Assembly (NCBI GenBank): GCA_048538235.1
Contig: JBLYPX010000001.1
Span: 200,013-264,012 of the forward strand
DNA: 64,000 nt
DNA from: Candidatus Komeilibacteria bacterium
Lineage (GTDB): Bacteria > Patescibacteriota > Patescibacteriia > UBA1558
Reading direction: 5' to 3'
The number at the start of each line of letters is the position of its first letter. Positions within the stretch are counted from its first letter, which is position 1. Positions 40,994 through 50,255 of this stretch are shown here, piece after piece. Both the position numbers and the translations under genes were made by a program. Below the pieces are notes generated by a model. It had not been told where the DNA came from. It did not search any database and worked only from the letters and a program-made list of their open reading frames with translations.

Positions 40994-41837
40994 AGTAGAA
41001 ACAATTTGTAGAGATTTAGAAAAAAAGATTATTAATAAGAAAATAATAAGTGTTAGTGTTAAAAAACCAAACCTTATTAAACAATCTGCAACCACTTTTA
41101 AAAAGAAATTAATAGGTAATAAAGTAATGGGTGTAGATAGAAGAGGGAAGTTAATAATTCTAAATTTAAAATCTAAAGACTATTTACTAATTCATCTTAA
41201 AATGACCGGTCAGTTAATTTATCAGGTAAAGGATAATATTACAGCTGGCGGTCATGGATTGCCCAGACCAGAGCAAGGACTTCCTAATAAGTTCTCACAC
41301 ATTATTTTTACATTTTCAGATAAATCTCAATTATTCTTTAACGACATGAGACAATTTGGGTATATGCAGATTGTTAATAAAAAAGAATTAGATAATATAT
41401 TAAATGGCTACGGTATTGAGCCCGGTCTAAAAAATTTCACATTAGATAATTTTAATAATGTTCTAAAAAATAGATCAACTAGTATTAAGGCATTATTATT
41501 AAATCAAAAGATAGTAGCTGGTATTGGTAATATATATGCAGATGAAATTTGTCATAAATCTGGTGTTAAACCCATGAGAAAGGTTAACACCTTAACAAGT
41601 CAAGAAAAGAGGAAACTATATCAGAATACTAAATTAGTAATAGCTAGTGCTATTAAAAAAAGAGGCACAACCTTTTCAGATTATGTTGATGCAGATGGAC
41701 ATAGTGGTTCTTTTGTAAATCATCTTAGGGTTTTTGGAAGGCAAGGAGAAAATTGCAAAACATGTAAAAAAGGTGTGATTAAGAAAATAAAGCATGCTGG
41801 CAGAGGCACACATTATTGCCCAAACTGTCAGAAATAA
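40977..41837 (+). CDS. mutM: Formamidopyrimidine-DNA glycosylase
   Basis: An MPELPEVE N-terminus, H2TH, and a C-terminal C-x2-C...C-x2-C zinc finger. Confidence 0.9.
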   Translation: MPELPEVETICRDLEKKIINKKIISVSVKKPNLIKQSATTFKKKLIGNKVMGVDRRGKLIILNLKSKDYLLIHLKMTGQLIYQVKDNITAGGHGLPRPEQGLPNKFSHIIFTFSDKSQLFFNDMRQFGYMQIVNKKELDNILNGYGIEPGLKNFTLDNFNNVLKNRSTSIKALLLNQKIVAGIGNIYADEICHKSGVKPMRKVNTLTSQEKRKLYQNTKLVIASAIKKRGTTFSDYVDADGHSGSFVNHLRVFGRQGENCKTCKKGVIKKIKHAGRGTHYCPNCQK

Positions 41838-41878
41838 AAAAGCCTATCCACGATGTTCTGTGGATAGGGTTCTTTTTG
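41838..41878. terminator. Bidirectional terminator
   Basis: CCTATCCACgatgttctGTGGATAGG followed by GTTCTTTTT. Confidence 0.7.
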
Positions 41879-41883
41879 TGGTT

Positions 41884-42543
41884 TTAGGGTTCTTTTGCAA
41901 TCATGAAATTGCCAAACTTTGCCCAAATTTTTCTATTGGTTATTAGTTTTACTGCTATGCCAATAGCGCTACCAAGTAGATAGCATATCAGGCATAGCAT
42001 CCCAATATACAGACTCAGTATTAATGCAGCTGGAAGTGTAATCAAGAATGCAAGTGGTAATATATACCAGTCTGTAACTGATTTGCTGATTGGTATTTCT
42101 GGATCAATTTTAAGTGCAAGCAAGAAGCCAGCAAAACACATTCCACCAAGTACAACGAACATTGAATTGGATGTATGAATTATGAAACCCACTATACATA
42201 CCAGAGATATACCAAATAGTGCTATAAACACAGATAGGTCATTATCAGAAAGTGTTTTTACCAAGCTTAAATCTTCTCTGACTTTTCTACGATCACTTTT
42301 AAGACTTAACGTTTCGTCGTCTTTATAAAGGGTGATGATAAAAAAGTAAGGCCAGATTATCCCGATGAACAAATCCCACAACCTGCTCATTCTGAAAGGC
42401 AGTTCGAGAGAAAATTTTTCAGTTATAATGAGAGTATCTACGGTTGGAACTACTCTAAAAATTGAGTAAACTCCCCAAAAGGCAGCAATTAAAACTGTGG
42501 CTAAAAAAGTCCACCGATTTGTAACTTTAAATCTCCTACTCAT
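41884..42543 (-). CDS. Hypothetical polytopic membrane protein
   Basis: Six TM helices; no motif. Confidence 0.45.
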   Translation of the reverse strand: MSRRFKVTNRWTFLATVLIAAFWGVYSIFRVVPTVDTLIITEKFSLELPFRMSRLWDLFIGIIWPYFFIITLYKDDETLSLKSDRRKVREDLSLVKTLSDNDLSVFIALFGISLVCIVGFIIHTSNSMFVVLGGMCFAGFLLALKIDPEIPISKSVTDWYILPLAFLITLPAALILSLYIGMLCLICYLLGSAIGIAVKLITNRKIWAKFGNFMIAKEP

Positions 42544-42618
42544 TTAAGACTCCTTCTCCTATAAAATAGGATTTTGTTGTTGTTTAAATGTTCTAATGAA
42601 TAATATACAGTAGCATAT

Positions 42619-42654
42619 ATAGTTATTTTTGTCAATGTTCATGTTAATAACTAT
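42619..42654 (+). promoter_or_regulatory. A 9-bp perfect inverted repeat (ATAGTTATT-N18-AATAACTAT) spanning the putative fur/perR promoter, proposed as the operator
   Basis: Read directly. It overlaps TTGTCA (17 nt spacer) TATATT. Confidence 0.5.
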
Positions 42655-42709
42655 ATTTGACAATATAATATATTCATATATACTATTAGTAATCATTCCT
42701 AATAAGAAT

Positions 42710-43105
42710 ATGGACATAAAGACTAAAATTAACAAAACAGGGGATCGGCTTACAAAGCAAAGACAAGCAATACTCGAGTATCTTGAATCTGTGTATTCTC
42801 ATCCTACTGCTGAAGTAGTATATAAAAATGTTAAAAAAAGAGTACCTAATATTAGTTTGGGTACAGTCTATAGGAATCTTGAATACTTACATTCTCATGG
42901 ATATATTTTAGAGATAACTTCTTTAGATAATAAGAGTCATTATGATGCGCTAACGCAAAATCATGATCATTTTATCTGTGAGTCTTGTAATAGTATTTTA
43001 GATCTAAAGTCTAAGATTAAGACAAAGACTAAGTGTTCTGTTGGAAAGATAAAGTCTAATATTAACTACTATTTTGGAATTTGTAATAAATGTTTAAATA
43101 AATAA
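42710..43105 (+). CDS. Fur-family metalloregulator, likely PerR-like. The ORF-track start at 42629 is judged to be an upstream extension.
   Basis: TKQRQAILEYL..HPTAEVVY, the HxH and HDH metal sites, and C-terminal CxxC...CxxC. Confidence 0.8.
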   Translation: MDIKTKINKTGDRLTKQRQAILEYLESVYSHPTAEVVYKNVKKRVPNISLGTVYRNLEYLHSHGYILEITSLDNKSHYDALTQNHDHFICESCNSILDLKSKIKTKTKCSVGKIKSNINYYFGICNKCLNK

Positions 43106-43108
43106 ATT

Positions 43109-43288
43109 ATGGGAAGTACAACAAGTAAATATATTTGTAAACCTTGTGGCTATATCTATGATCCTGCAAAAGGAGATCCAGATAGTGGTATAGAACCAGG
43201 TACTAGATTTTCAGACATACCAGATGATTGGTATTGTCCTGAATGTGGAGTTTCAAAAGACATGTTTGAACCCTACATTGAAGAATAA
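43109..43288 (+). CDS. Rubredoxin (59 aa, missing from the ORF track)
   Basis: [10 protein letters not shown]...WYCPECG are two CxxCG knuckles. Confidence 0.85.
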   Translation: MGSTTSKYICKPCGYIYDPAKGDPDSGIEPGTRFSDIPDDWYCPECGVSKDMFEPYIEE

Positions 43289-43307
43289 GTTAAATAATAA
43301 TAAAATT

Positions 43308-43895
43308 ATGGAAAATGAAATAAATAACAGACCAAGATTAGTTGGTCAAAAATTGCCAGATTTTGAATTCGAGGCATATCAAGATGAACAGATTAAAAAA
43401 ATGAAGTTCTCAGATTTAAAAGGAAAGTGGACAATACTATTCTTTTATCCAAAAGATTTCACATTTGTTTGTCCCACTGAGCTTGAGGATATGGCAAATC
43501 ATTATGATGAATTTAAAAAAGCTGGAGCTGAGGTTATTAGTTTTTCAACTGATACAGTTATAGTTCATAAAGCTTGGCATGATCATTCAGAGGCTATTGC
43601 TAAGGTAAAATATCCTATGGCAGCAGATCCTACTGGCGCAATTTGTAAATCATTAGGAACATATATTGAAGAAGAAGGCGTTTCTCTACGCGGTACATTC
43701 ATTGTAGATCCAGATGGTGTTATTCAAGTCTATGAAGTACACAATGATGGTATTGGCCGTAATGCAACTGAACTATTAAGGAAATTACAAGCTGCTGCTT
43801 TTGTTAGAGAGCACGGCGATCAAGTATGCCCTGCTAATTGGAAGCCGGGTGATGCAACACTAAAACCAGGTTTAGATTTAGTAGGTAAAATATAA
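43308..43895 (+). CDS. Typical 2-Cys peroxiredoxin (AhpC/Tsa family). The ORF-track N-terminal extension is rejected.
   Basis: FTFVCPTEL (peroxidatic Cys) and VCPANW (resolving Cys). Confidence 0.9.
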   Translation: MENEINNRPRLVGQKLPDFEFEAYQDEQIKKMKFSDLKGKWTILFFYPKDFTFVCPTELEDMANHYDEFKKAGAEVISFSTDTVIVHKAWHDHSEAIAKVKYPMAADPTGAICKSLGTYIEEEGVSLRGTFIVDPDGVIQVYEVHNDGIGRNATELLRKLQAAAFVREHGDQVCPANWKPGDATLKPGLDLVGKI

Positions 43896-43913
43896 TCATT
43901 AAAGAATAATTCT

Positions 43914-44306
43914 ATGGTTAAGAACAAGGCTGAAGTATACAAATGTTCAGTTTGCGGTAACATTGTAGAAGTAAACCACGTTGGTGGTGGAGAATTACAT
44001 TGTTGTGGCAAACCAATGAATCTATTAGCAGAAAACACCGAAGATGCAGCTACAGAAAAACACGTACCCGTTATTGAAAAAGTAGATAATGGTATTAAAG
44101 TAATAGTTGGTGAAGTAGAGCATCCAATGGAAGATTCTCACTATATTCAGTGGGTAGAGCTAATAGTTGGAGATAAGATATATAAAGAATATCTATCGCC
44201 AGGTAATAAGCCAGAAGCTGTATTTGAGCTAAATGTCTCAGGTAAGGTAATAGCTCGTGAATACTGTAATTTACACGGCTTGTGGAAAGCTGAAGCTGAA
44301 ATTTAA
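43914..44306 (+). CDS. dfx: Desulfoferrodoxin (2Fe superoxide reductase)
   Basis: An N-terminal desulforedoxin CxxC...CC centre (CSVCGN..HCCG). The SOR centre has EKHVPV, H.., and C..H. Confidence 0.85.
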   Translation: MVKNKAEVYKCSVCGNIVEVNHVGGGELHCCGKPMNLLAENTEDAATEKHVPVIEKVDNGIKVIVGEVEHPMEDSHYIQWVELIVGDKIYKEYLSPGNKPEAVFELNVSGKVIAREYCNLHGLWKAEAEI

Positions 44307-44330
44307 ACATATATTCTAGATTTATACTAA

Positions 44331-44360
44331 AATCCCTCCTATTTAACGATAGGAGGGATT
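44331..44360 (+). terminator. Hairpin after dfx. No clear T-run follows, so it is a weak terminator.
   Basis: AATCCCTCCTATttaacgATAGGAGGGATT. Confidence 0.4.
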
Positions 44361-44403
44361 GACATTTATTACATAATTTATTATTATGTTGAGGCATAAT
44401 TTG

Positions 44404-44479
44404 GCCACCCTAGCTCAGCTGGTAGAGCATCGGTTTTGTAAACCGCAGGTCGTCGGTTCGAGTCCGACGGGTGGCTCCA
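44404..44479 (+). tRNA. tRNA-Thr (anticodon TGT), with encoded CCA
   Basis: Acceptor GCCACCC/GGGTGGC, anticodon loop TT-TGT-AA, T-loop TTCGAGT. Confidence 0.85.
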
Positions 44480-44506
44480 GTTTTAATTAAGTATTACAAT
44501 AAAGAT

Positions 44507-44662
44507 ATGTCACAGGACAACATGATAAAGTTCGAATGCACTGAATGTAAGAGAGTTAACTATCATAGTCGCAAGAACAAGAAGGTGATTAAGGATAGAT
44601 TAGAATTAAAGAAATTCTGTACTCACTGTAAAAAACACACATTGCATAAAGAAACTAAATAA
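44507..44662 (+). CDS. rpmG: 50S ribosomal protein L33. The ORF-track start at 44471 overlaps the tRNA and is rejected.
   Basis: CTECKRVNY...[19 protein letters not shown]. Confidence 0.85.
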   Translation: MSQDNMIKFECTECKRVNYHSRKNKKVIKDRLELKKFCTHCKKHTLHKETK

Positions 44663-44663
44663 T

Positions 44664-45107
44664 ATGGCACGAAAGCTTTTTATCTTAGCTATAGTATTAA
44701 TCGCAGTAAATTACTTTTACGGCGATCAAATTGATGCTTGGTGGCAAGGTTGGCGTAGTGGTGATAAAGTGCAAGAAATTGGACAAGATATTGCTGGTCA
44801 AGTTGCAAATGAGATAACAGGTGGTATTAAGAATTATTCAGCAGATGAAATTGAAGGTTTAGCAGATAATTTACCAAAAGATATTCAATTACAAATAGAT
44901 AATTGGTTATTATCTCAGAACTTAAATGAATATGGTGATCCAGAAGGTACGATGTATACTGGTGGAACACCAACCTTTGATGAAGCAACCGGTGAGGTTA
45001 AGGATAGATTTGAATTAGTGTTTAATAAATTTCCAGAATTAATAGATAAGTTTAAACTATCTATTGAAGAATTAAAAGAAACCGTAGATCAAGCAGCGAC
45101 TAAATAA
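44664..45107 (+). CDS. Hypothetical secreted or membrane-anchored protein
   Basis: An N-terminal TM or signal helix; no motif. Confidence 0.45.
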   Translation: MARKLFILAIVLIAVNYFYGDQIDAWWQGWRSGDKVQEIGQDIAGQVANEITGGIKNYSADEIEGLADNLPKDIQLQIDNWLLSQNLNEYGDPEGTMYTGGTPTFDEATGEVKDRFELVFNKFPELIDKFKLSIEELKETVDQAATK

Positions 45108-45116
45108 GAGAGTAAT

Positions 45117-45190
45117 GGGGGCGTCGTATAGTGGTAGTACATGGGTCTCCAAAACCTATAGCGTGGGTTCGATTCCTACCGCCCCTGCCA
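45117..45190 (+). tRNA. tRNA-Trp (anticodon CCA), with encoded CCA
   Basis: Acceptor GGGGGCG/CGCCCCT with G1-U72, anticodon loop CT-CCA-AA, T-loop TTCGATT. Confidence 0.85.
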
Positions 45191-45205
45191 TTTCTTTAAA
45201 CCTTT

Positions 45206-45228
45206 AGACCTTTTAAGGTCTTTTTTTA
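45206..45228 (+). terminator. Rho-independent terminator
   Basis: AGACCTTttAAGGTCT followed by TTTTTTTATTT. Confidence 0.7.
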
Positions 45229-45288
45229 TTTGACATAAACAATTATCTTTGTTAAATCATATATAAGACAAATATAGGAGAAATAATA

Positions 45289-45504
45289 ATGGGTAATCCA
45301 ATTGTTACATTTGTTGAAGATGGTGGTAGTCTTAAGACTAAGGCTGGAGAGAGAATTGTAAAGGATTCTTTAGACACAGAAATTAAAGTAGCAATGCTTA
45401 ATGATTTGTGCGTTGGTCAATTAACAACTTTGCTTAATTCGACCAAAGATCCAGATCTACACCAAAGACTGTTCAGACTGTCTGAAGAGTTAAACCAGAA
45501 ATAG
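45289..45504 (+). CDS. Hypothetical small protein (71 aa)
   Basis: RBS TAGGAG. It lies upstream of the ICMT-family methyltransferase and is coupled to it. Confidence 0.5.
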   Translation: MGNPIVTFVEDGGSLKTKAGERIVKDSLDTEIKVAMLNDLCVGQLTTLLNSTKDPDLHQRLFRLSEELNQK

Positions 45505-45530
45505 TACCTTAAAAATAATGAGGAGGGAAT

Positions 45531-46172
45531 ATGTTAGAGAAGCTTTACATTCTTGGTTTCTTTTTTTTGATCTATTGCCTCCGCTATCATTTGGTGTGGG
45601 CAAGGTGTTTTAAAAGAGAGAAGAACCAATATATTAACCTTAATAGATTAAATCATCAACCTGAAAAGGATGAAGATGAAATGATTAAGGCTTTCTGCTT
45701 GGTTGTTGTATTGGTTTTCTACCTGTTTAAGGCAGAATTTCCATCTATCCTAGATATAATTATCGGTTTCTCTATTGTAATAGTTGGTGCTTCTTATTCA
45801 TCTGTTGCTAGAATTCATCTAAATGGATCATGGGCAAATATGGAAGAAGTTACTAAAGATTACAAACCTTTGGTTACAACCGGTGTTTATTCAAGGGTGC
45901 GCAATCCAATTTATGTTGGCCTCATTATTCAATCAATTGGCTATGGTTTTAGCATGGGTATTATGAGTTGGCAAATTGAGATGATGATTCCAGCTTTAAC
46001 ATATTTTGGCTTTGCCGTTGGTAATTATCATTCGGAAATCATTGCAGAGGAGAAGTTTCTTGCAAAAAGGCATGGTGATAAATTTAAAAATTATTGCCTG
46101 CATACTGGTAGATATATACCAAAGATTATTGCAGTTAAACCAATAACTAAAATGTGTACAGAAATACAATAA
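45531..46172 (+). CDS. ICMT/PEMT-family integral-membrane carboxyl methyltransferase
   Basis: The C-terminal signature TTGVYSRVRNPIYVG...EEKFLAKRHGDKFKNY and RBS GAGGAGGG. Confidence 0.7.
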   Translation: MLEKLYILGFFFLIYCLRYHLVWARCFKREKNQYINLNRLNHQPEKDEDEMIKAFCLVVVLVFYLFKAEFPSILDIIIGFSIVIVGASYSSVARIHLNGSWANMEEVTKDYKPLVTTGVYSRVRNPIYVGLIIQSIGYGFSMGIMSWQIEMMIPALTYFGFAVGNYHSEIIAEEKFLAKRHGDKFKNYCLHTGRYIPKIIAVKPITKMCTEIQ

Positions 46173-46173
46173 A

Positions 46174-46206
46174 ACAGCTATATTAATAATATGGCTGTTT
46201 TTTTGC
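46174..46206 (+). terminator. Rho-independent terminator
   Basis: ACAGCTAtattaataatatGGCTGT followed by TTTTTTT. Confidence 0.65.
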
Positions 46207-46340
46207 TAATATTAGGTAAATTATTTAATAAAAGTTATACACAGTTGCTGAAAGTATGCATGTATTGCTATTTTTTGACCATTTGCAGTATAATAGTACC
46301 CAGTTAAGCATTAATTTTACTAATAATTAAGCAAAAAATT

Positions 46341-46631
46341 ATGGCAGCTCCAAAAATTACTAAAAAGGATTTAGGCCAAATGATGGCAGATAAATTCGAA
46401 GAAGTAAACAAAAAGACTGGCGTTGAAATCGTCGAATGGTTATTCGAAGAATTCAAGGCTCAAATGCAAAATGGAATGGAAGTATTTATCAAAGACTTTG
46501 GTAAATTCAAGGTTTTCGAAAGTAAAGCTAGAATGGGTATTAATCCAATCACTAAGGAAAAGATCCAGATCTCAGCTAAAAGAAAAGTTAAATATTATCC
46601 AGCTAAGGCTGTTAAAGATTTAGCTAAATAA
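46341..46631 (+). CDS. hup: HU/IHF-family DNA-binding protein
   Basis: An ARMGINPITKEKIQISAKRKVKY beta-arm. It has a -10 TATAAT upstream and a terminator downstream. Confidence 0.9.
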   Translation: MAAPKITKKDLGQMMADKFEEVNKKTGVEIVEWLFEEFKAQMQNGMEVFIKDFGKFKVFESKARMGINPITKEKIQISAKRKVKYYPAKAVKDLAK

Positions 46632-46650
46632 ATAGAAATATTTATTTTAT

Positions 46651-46690
46651 ACACCCGATTCTCATTGTGCTGAGAATCGGGTGTTTTATT
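46651..46690 (+). terminator. Rho-independent terminator
   Basis: ACACCCGATTCTCAttgtgcTGAGAATCGGGTGT followed by TTTATT. Confidence 0.8.
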
Positions 46691-46745
46691 AGCCAATATC
46701 GCTATTTTAATATAAAATATATATACAATTAGTAAATAAATAATT

Positions 46746-47786
46746 ATGGATTTTTTAAGCTTTATTTTTTGGGGAAACTCAATTCAGGAATATTTGGTAG
46801 CATTAGCTATTCTAATTGGCGCTGTTATTGTATTTAGAGTATTTAAATTAATTTTAGTTGCCAGATTAAAGAAAATTGCTAAAAAAACAAGCACAGATTA
46901 TGACGATGCTTTTATAGCGGTGTTGAATAAAATAACATGGCTTTTTTATTTGGTTTTATCTGCATTCATTGCGATGCAATTTTTAAATGTAGGTGATAGA
47001 TTTGATAGAATTGCTAATTATGTATTTGTAATAGTGTTTGGTTGGCAGGTTATTAAATCTATTTTAGTTGTTGTAGATTTTATTTTACACAAAGCTTTGT
47101 CAAAGGGTGAGGAAGAACCAGATGCCCATAAGATAGACTTGTTTAGTAAATTAATTAAAATAATTGTTTGGGTTGTGGGCCTAGTATTAGTAATATCTAA
47201 TTTAGGTTATGATGTGACAGCCTTAATAGCTGGGCTTGGAGTCGGTGGTATTGCCATTGCTTTTGCTCTGCAGAATGTATTAGAAGATATATTTTCTTCC
47301 TTTTCTATATATTTAGATCAGCCATTCAAAATTGGTGATTATATTGTAGTAGGTAAAGAAATGGGAACAGTTACTAAAATAGGTATTAAGACAACTAGAC
47401 TATTATCTGTGCAGGGTGAAGAGGTGGTTGTTTCTAATAAGGAGTTGACTAATGCACACATTCAAAACTATAGGAAGATTAAAGAGAGAAGAACTCAATT
47501 TGATATTGGAGTAGCTTATGAAACAAGTAATGATAAATTGAAAAAGATTCCGGATATAATTAAGAAAATTATTTCTGATAATAAGGATTGTAGGTTTGAA
47601 CGTTGTACGTTTAAAGAGTTCGCGGATTTTAGTTTAAATTATGATATTGTATTTCATTATAGCGATAATGATTATAATAAATATTTATTAGCTAGAGAAC
47701 AAATTAATTTAAATATTAAAAGTGAGTTTGAAAAGGAAGGGATTGAGTTTGCTTATCCTACACAAACTGTTATAGTGAAAAAATAA
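46746..47786 (+). CDS. mscS: MscS-family mechanosensitive channel
   Basis: Three TM helices plus the pore-helix motif GLGVGGIAIAFALQNVL and a beta domain. Confidence 0.85.
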   Translation: MDFLSFIFWGNSIQEYLVALAILIGAVIVFRVFKLILVARLKKIAKKTSTDYDDAFIAVLNKITWLFYLVLSAFIAMQFLNVGDRFDRIANYVFVIVFGWQVIKSILVVVDFILHKALSKGEEEPDAHKIDLFSKLIKIIVWVVGLVLVISNLGYDVTALIAGLGVGGIAIAFALQNVLEDIFSSFSIYLDQPFKIGDYIVVGKEMGTVTKIGIKTTRLLSVQGEEVVVSNKELTNAHIQNYRKIKERRTQFDIGVAYETSNDKLKKIPDIIKKIISDNKDCRFERCTFKEFADFSLNYDIVFHYSDNDYNKYLLAREQINLNIKSEFEKEGIEFAYPTQTVIVKK

Positions 47787-48052
47787 TGAAAATATTAAAG
47801 TTTGGAGCAGTGTGGTGTCCTGGATGTCTTGTGATGAGACCACGTTGGGAAAAAATTGAAAAAGAAAATGATTGGTTAAATACTGAGTATTTTGATATTG
47901 ATGAATTTCCAGAAGTAAAGGAAAAATATGAATTAAAGGAGTATCCAACATTTATCTGGTTAGATAAAAATGAACAGGAGATTGACCGTAGACAAGGAGA
48001 AATCTCTGAGGATGAAATTTTAGATTTAATTAATAAGTACAAGGAGAAATAA
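47786..48052 (+). CDS. Thioredoxin-family protein
   Basis: WCPGC active site. Confidence 0.8.
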   Translation: MKILKFGAVWCPGCLVMRPRWEKIEKENDWLNTEYFDIDEFPEVKEKYELKEYPTFIWLDKNEQEIDRRQGEISEDEILDLINKYKEK

Positions 48053-48055
48053 TAT

Positions 48056-49270
48056 ATGAAGAAGTTAATATTTTTAGTATTTGCTTTTGTTATATTTGCA
48101 TCTGTATTAGCAGCTTTGCCAATAAAAGCAGCACCAGCTTTGCAGGAAGTTAAGATTAATTATTTTTGGGGTGATGGTTGTCCTCATTGCGCTGAAGCAA
48201 AACCTTTTTTAGATGATTTAGAACAAAGAAAGCCAAATGTAGAGATTAGAAGGTTTGAAGTTTGGAATGATAGGGCAAATGCTAAGCTTATGGGTGAAGT
48301 TGGTAGGTATATGCAAGCAAATGTTGGTGGCGTCCCTTTTTTTACCATTGGAGATAAATATGTAACTGGTTTTGGAACAGCTGAAACAACTGGTAGGCAG
48401 ATAGAACAATTGGTTGAGATTTGTGAGGTTCGTGGTTGTATAGATGTATTAGAAGAAATGGGGGTAACTAATGCAATTCCTAAAGAGGAAGTAAAAGAAG
48501 AAAAGGTTAATGAAAAATTATTAGGTCATAAAGTAGATTTGCCACTGTTTGGCGAGATAGATGCAGGTACCACTTCTTTGATTGGTTTAACAACAGCTAT
48601 TGCTTTTTTGGATGGATTTAATCCTTGTGCAATGTGGGTTCTGTTATTCCTAATTTCATTATTATTAGGAATGGAGAATAAGCGCAGAAGGTGGGCTTTG
48701 GGCCTTGCCTTTATAATTGCCTCAGGTCTTGTATATTTCTTATTCTTAGCAGCTTGGTTAAACTTTTTCCTATTCGTTGGTATGATTGGAATTATTCGAA
48801 TGATTATTGGAATTGTAGCTGTAGCTTCTGGCTATTTTAGTTTAAGGTCATGGCACAAGCATAGAACAGGTTGTATTGCAGAGGAAAGTGATAACAGAAA
48901 AAAGATTTTTGCTAAGTTAAAAGAAATGGTTGCAAAGCAGAATTTTTGGTTAGCTTTGATTGGAATTATCTTATTAGCAGGAGCTGTCAATTTGATTGAA
49001 CTTATGTGTTCAGCTGGATTGCCAGCAATATATACTCAAGTTCTATCTTTATCTGAGTTACCAAGTATTAGCTATTATGCTTATCTACTGTGGTATATAT
49101 TTATTTATATGATAGATGATATCATTGTTTTTGTGGTAGCTATGGTTACTTTGCAAGCATTTGGTATTAGTAATAAATATGCATTATGGGTTAAGTTTGT
49201 AGGCGGTATTATTATCTTAATGTTAGGTATATTACTATTGTTTAAACCAGAACTATTAATGTTTGGTTAA
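48056..49270 (+). CDS. Thioredoxin-fold (CPHC) periplasmic domain fused to a CcdA/DsbD-like polytopic thiol-disulfide membrane domain
   Basis: A signal peptide, WGDGCPHCAE, then TM helices with FNPC and CSAGLP cysteines. Confidence 0.45.
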   Translation: MKKLIFLVFAFVIFASVLAALPIKAAPALQEVKINYFWGDGCPHCAEAKPFLDDLEQRKPNVEIRRFEVWNDRANAKLMGEVGRYMQANVGGVPFFTIGDKYVTGFGTAETTGRQIEQLVEICEVRGCIDVLEEMGVTNAIPKEEVKEEKVNEKLLGHKVDLPLFGEIDAGTTSLIGLTTAIAFLDGFNPCAMWVLLFLISLLLGMENKRRRWALGLAFIIASGLVYFLFLAAWLNFFLFVGMIGIIRMIIGIVAVASGYFSLRSWHKHRTGCIAEESDNRKKIFAKLKEMVAKQNFWLALIGIILLAGAVNLIELMCSAGLPAIYTQVLSLSELPSISYYAYLLWYIFIYMIDDIIVFVVAMVTLQAFGISNKYALWVKFVGGIIILMLGILLLFKPELLMFG

Positions 49271-49282
49271 ATTAAATATTTG

Positions 49283-49310
49283 AAACGCCCCTTGTTTAAG
49301 GGGCGTTTTT
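49283..49310 (+). terminator. Rho-independent terminator
   Basis: AAACGCCCCTTgtttAAGGGGCGTTT followed by TTT. Confidence 0.8.
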
Positions 49311-49346
49311 TAATTTAAGGTAAAAATGGTATAATATACACAACTT

Positions 49347-50255
49347 ATGACAAAGAATAAAATAAAAGATCTTATCATTGGAGTAGATATTGGTGGTACA
49401 AAAGTTAAACTAATACTATTACAAAGAGGTAAGGTAATTGAAGAAGATAAATATTTAGTTAAGAGTTTTAAAACTTCTAGACAGTTTTTAGCTACTCTAA
49501 TTGCTAATATTGAATTACTTATAAAAGATTATCCAAAGGGTAGGATTAAAGGTATTGGTATTGGACTACCTGGTGTTTTAGATGAGAAGAGAGAAAAGAT
49601 AGTTATTCCTCCAAATTTAAAGATAATCAAGAATATAGATTTTATTAAAGAATTAAAGTCTAAATTTAATTTACCTGTTAAATTAGAAAATGATACTAAT
49701 TGTATGGCACTGGCAGAAATGTTGTGGGGAGCGGGTAAGAATAAACAATCTATGGTATTACTATCTTTAGGAACAGGTGTTGGTGGTGGTATTGTTTATC
49801 GTCGCGGTAATAAAGTTCAGCTTTTAACTGGTCATAGAGGGGCAGCGGGTGAGATTGGACATATGCTTATTAACTTTAACGGTGTAGAAGGATCTAGAAA
49901 ACCAGGTGAGCTTGAGCAGTATGCATCAATTAAGTTTTTAAAAAGACGTTCAGCTAAACCTGCTTTAACAATTCAGAAAGAAGCACAAGCTGGTAATAAG
50001 TCAGCACAAAAGATATATGCAGAGCTTGGTCACTATTTAGGGTTTGGTCTTGCAAATATTGTTAATATATTTGATCCAGAAATAATAGTTTTAGGAGGAG
50101 GGGTTTCAGAAGCATATAAGTTATTTATTAAGCCAGCAAAAGCTTCTATGAAGAAAAATATTTTGTCTATTAAGTCTGCAGGTTTACCGGTTTTAAAAAC
50201 TAAATTAAAAGGCGATGGTGGTGCTATGGGTGCAGCAGCTTTGTGGTTACAATAA
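49347..50255 (+). CDS. ROK-family sugar kinase (glucokinase-like)
   Basis: N-terminal GVDIGGTK and the ROK zinc motif region GHRGAAGEIGH. Confidence 0.8.
   Translation: MTKNKIKDLIIGVDIGGTKVKLILLQRGKVIEEDKYLVKSFKTSRQFLATLIANIELLIKDYPKGRIKGIGIGLPGVLDEKREKIVIPPNLKIIKNIDFIKELKSKFNLPVKLENDTNCMALAEMLWGAGKNKQSMVLLSLGTGVGGGIVYRRGNKVQLLTGHRGAAGEIGHMLINFNGVEGSRKPGELEQYASIKFLKRRSAKPALTIQKEAQAGNKSAQKIYAELGHYLGFGLANIVNIFDPEIIVLGGGVSEAYKLFIKPAKASMKKNILSIKSAGLPVLKTKLKGDGGAMGAAALWLQ

Noticed and set aside
43224-43307. Extended peroxiredoxin start at 43224, and 42629 for Fur
   Set aside because: These starts overlap the rubredoxin gene or the promoter and operator. The conserved N-termini begin at the internal ATGs.
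44471-44506. ORF-track start of L33 at 44471
   Set aside because: That start lies inside tRNA-Thr(TGT). L33 family length and conservation begin at [15 protein letters not shown], which is ATG 44507.
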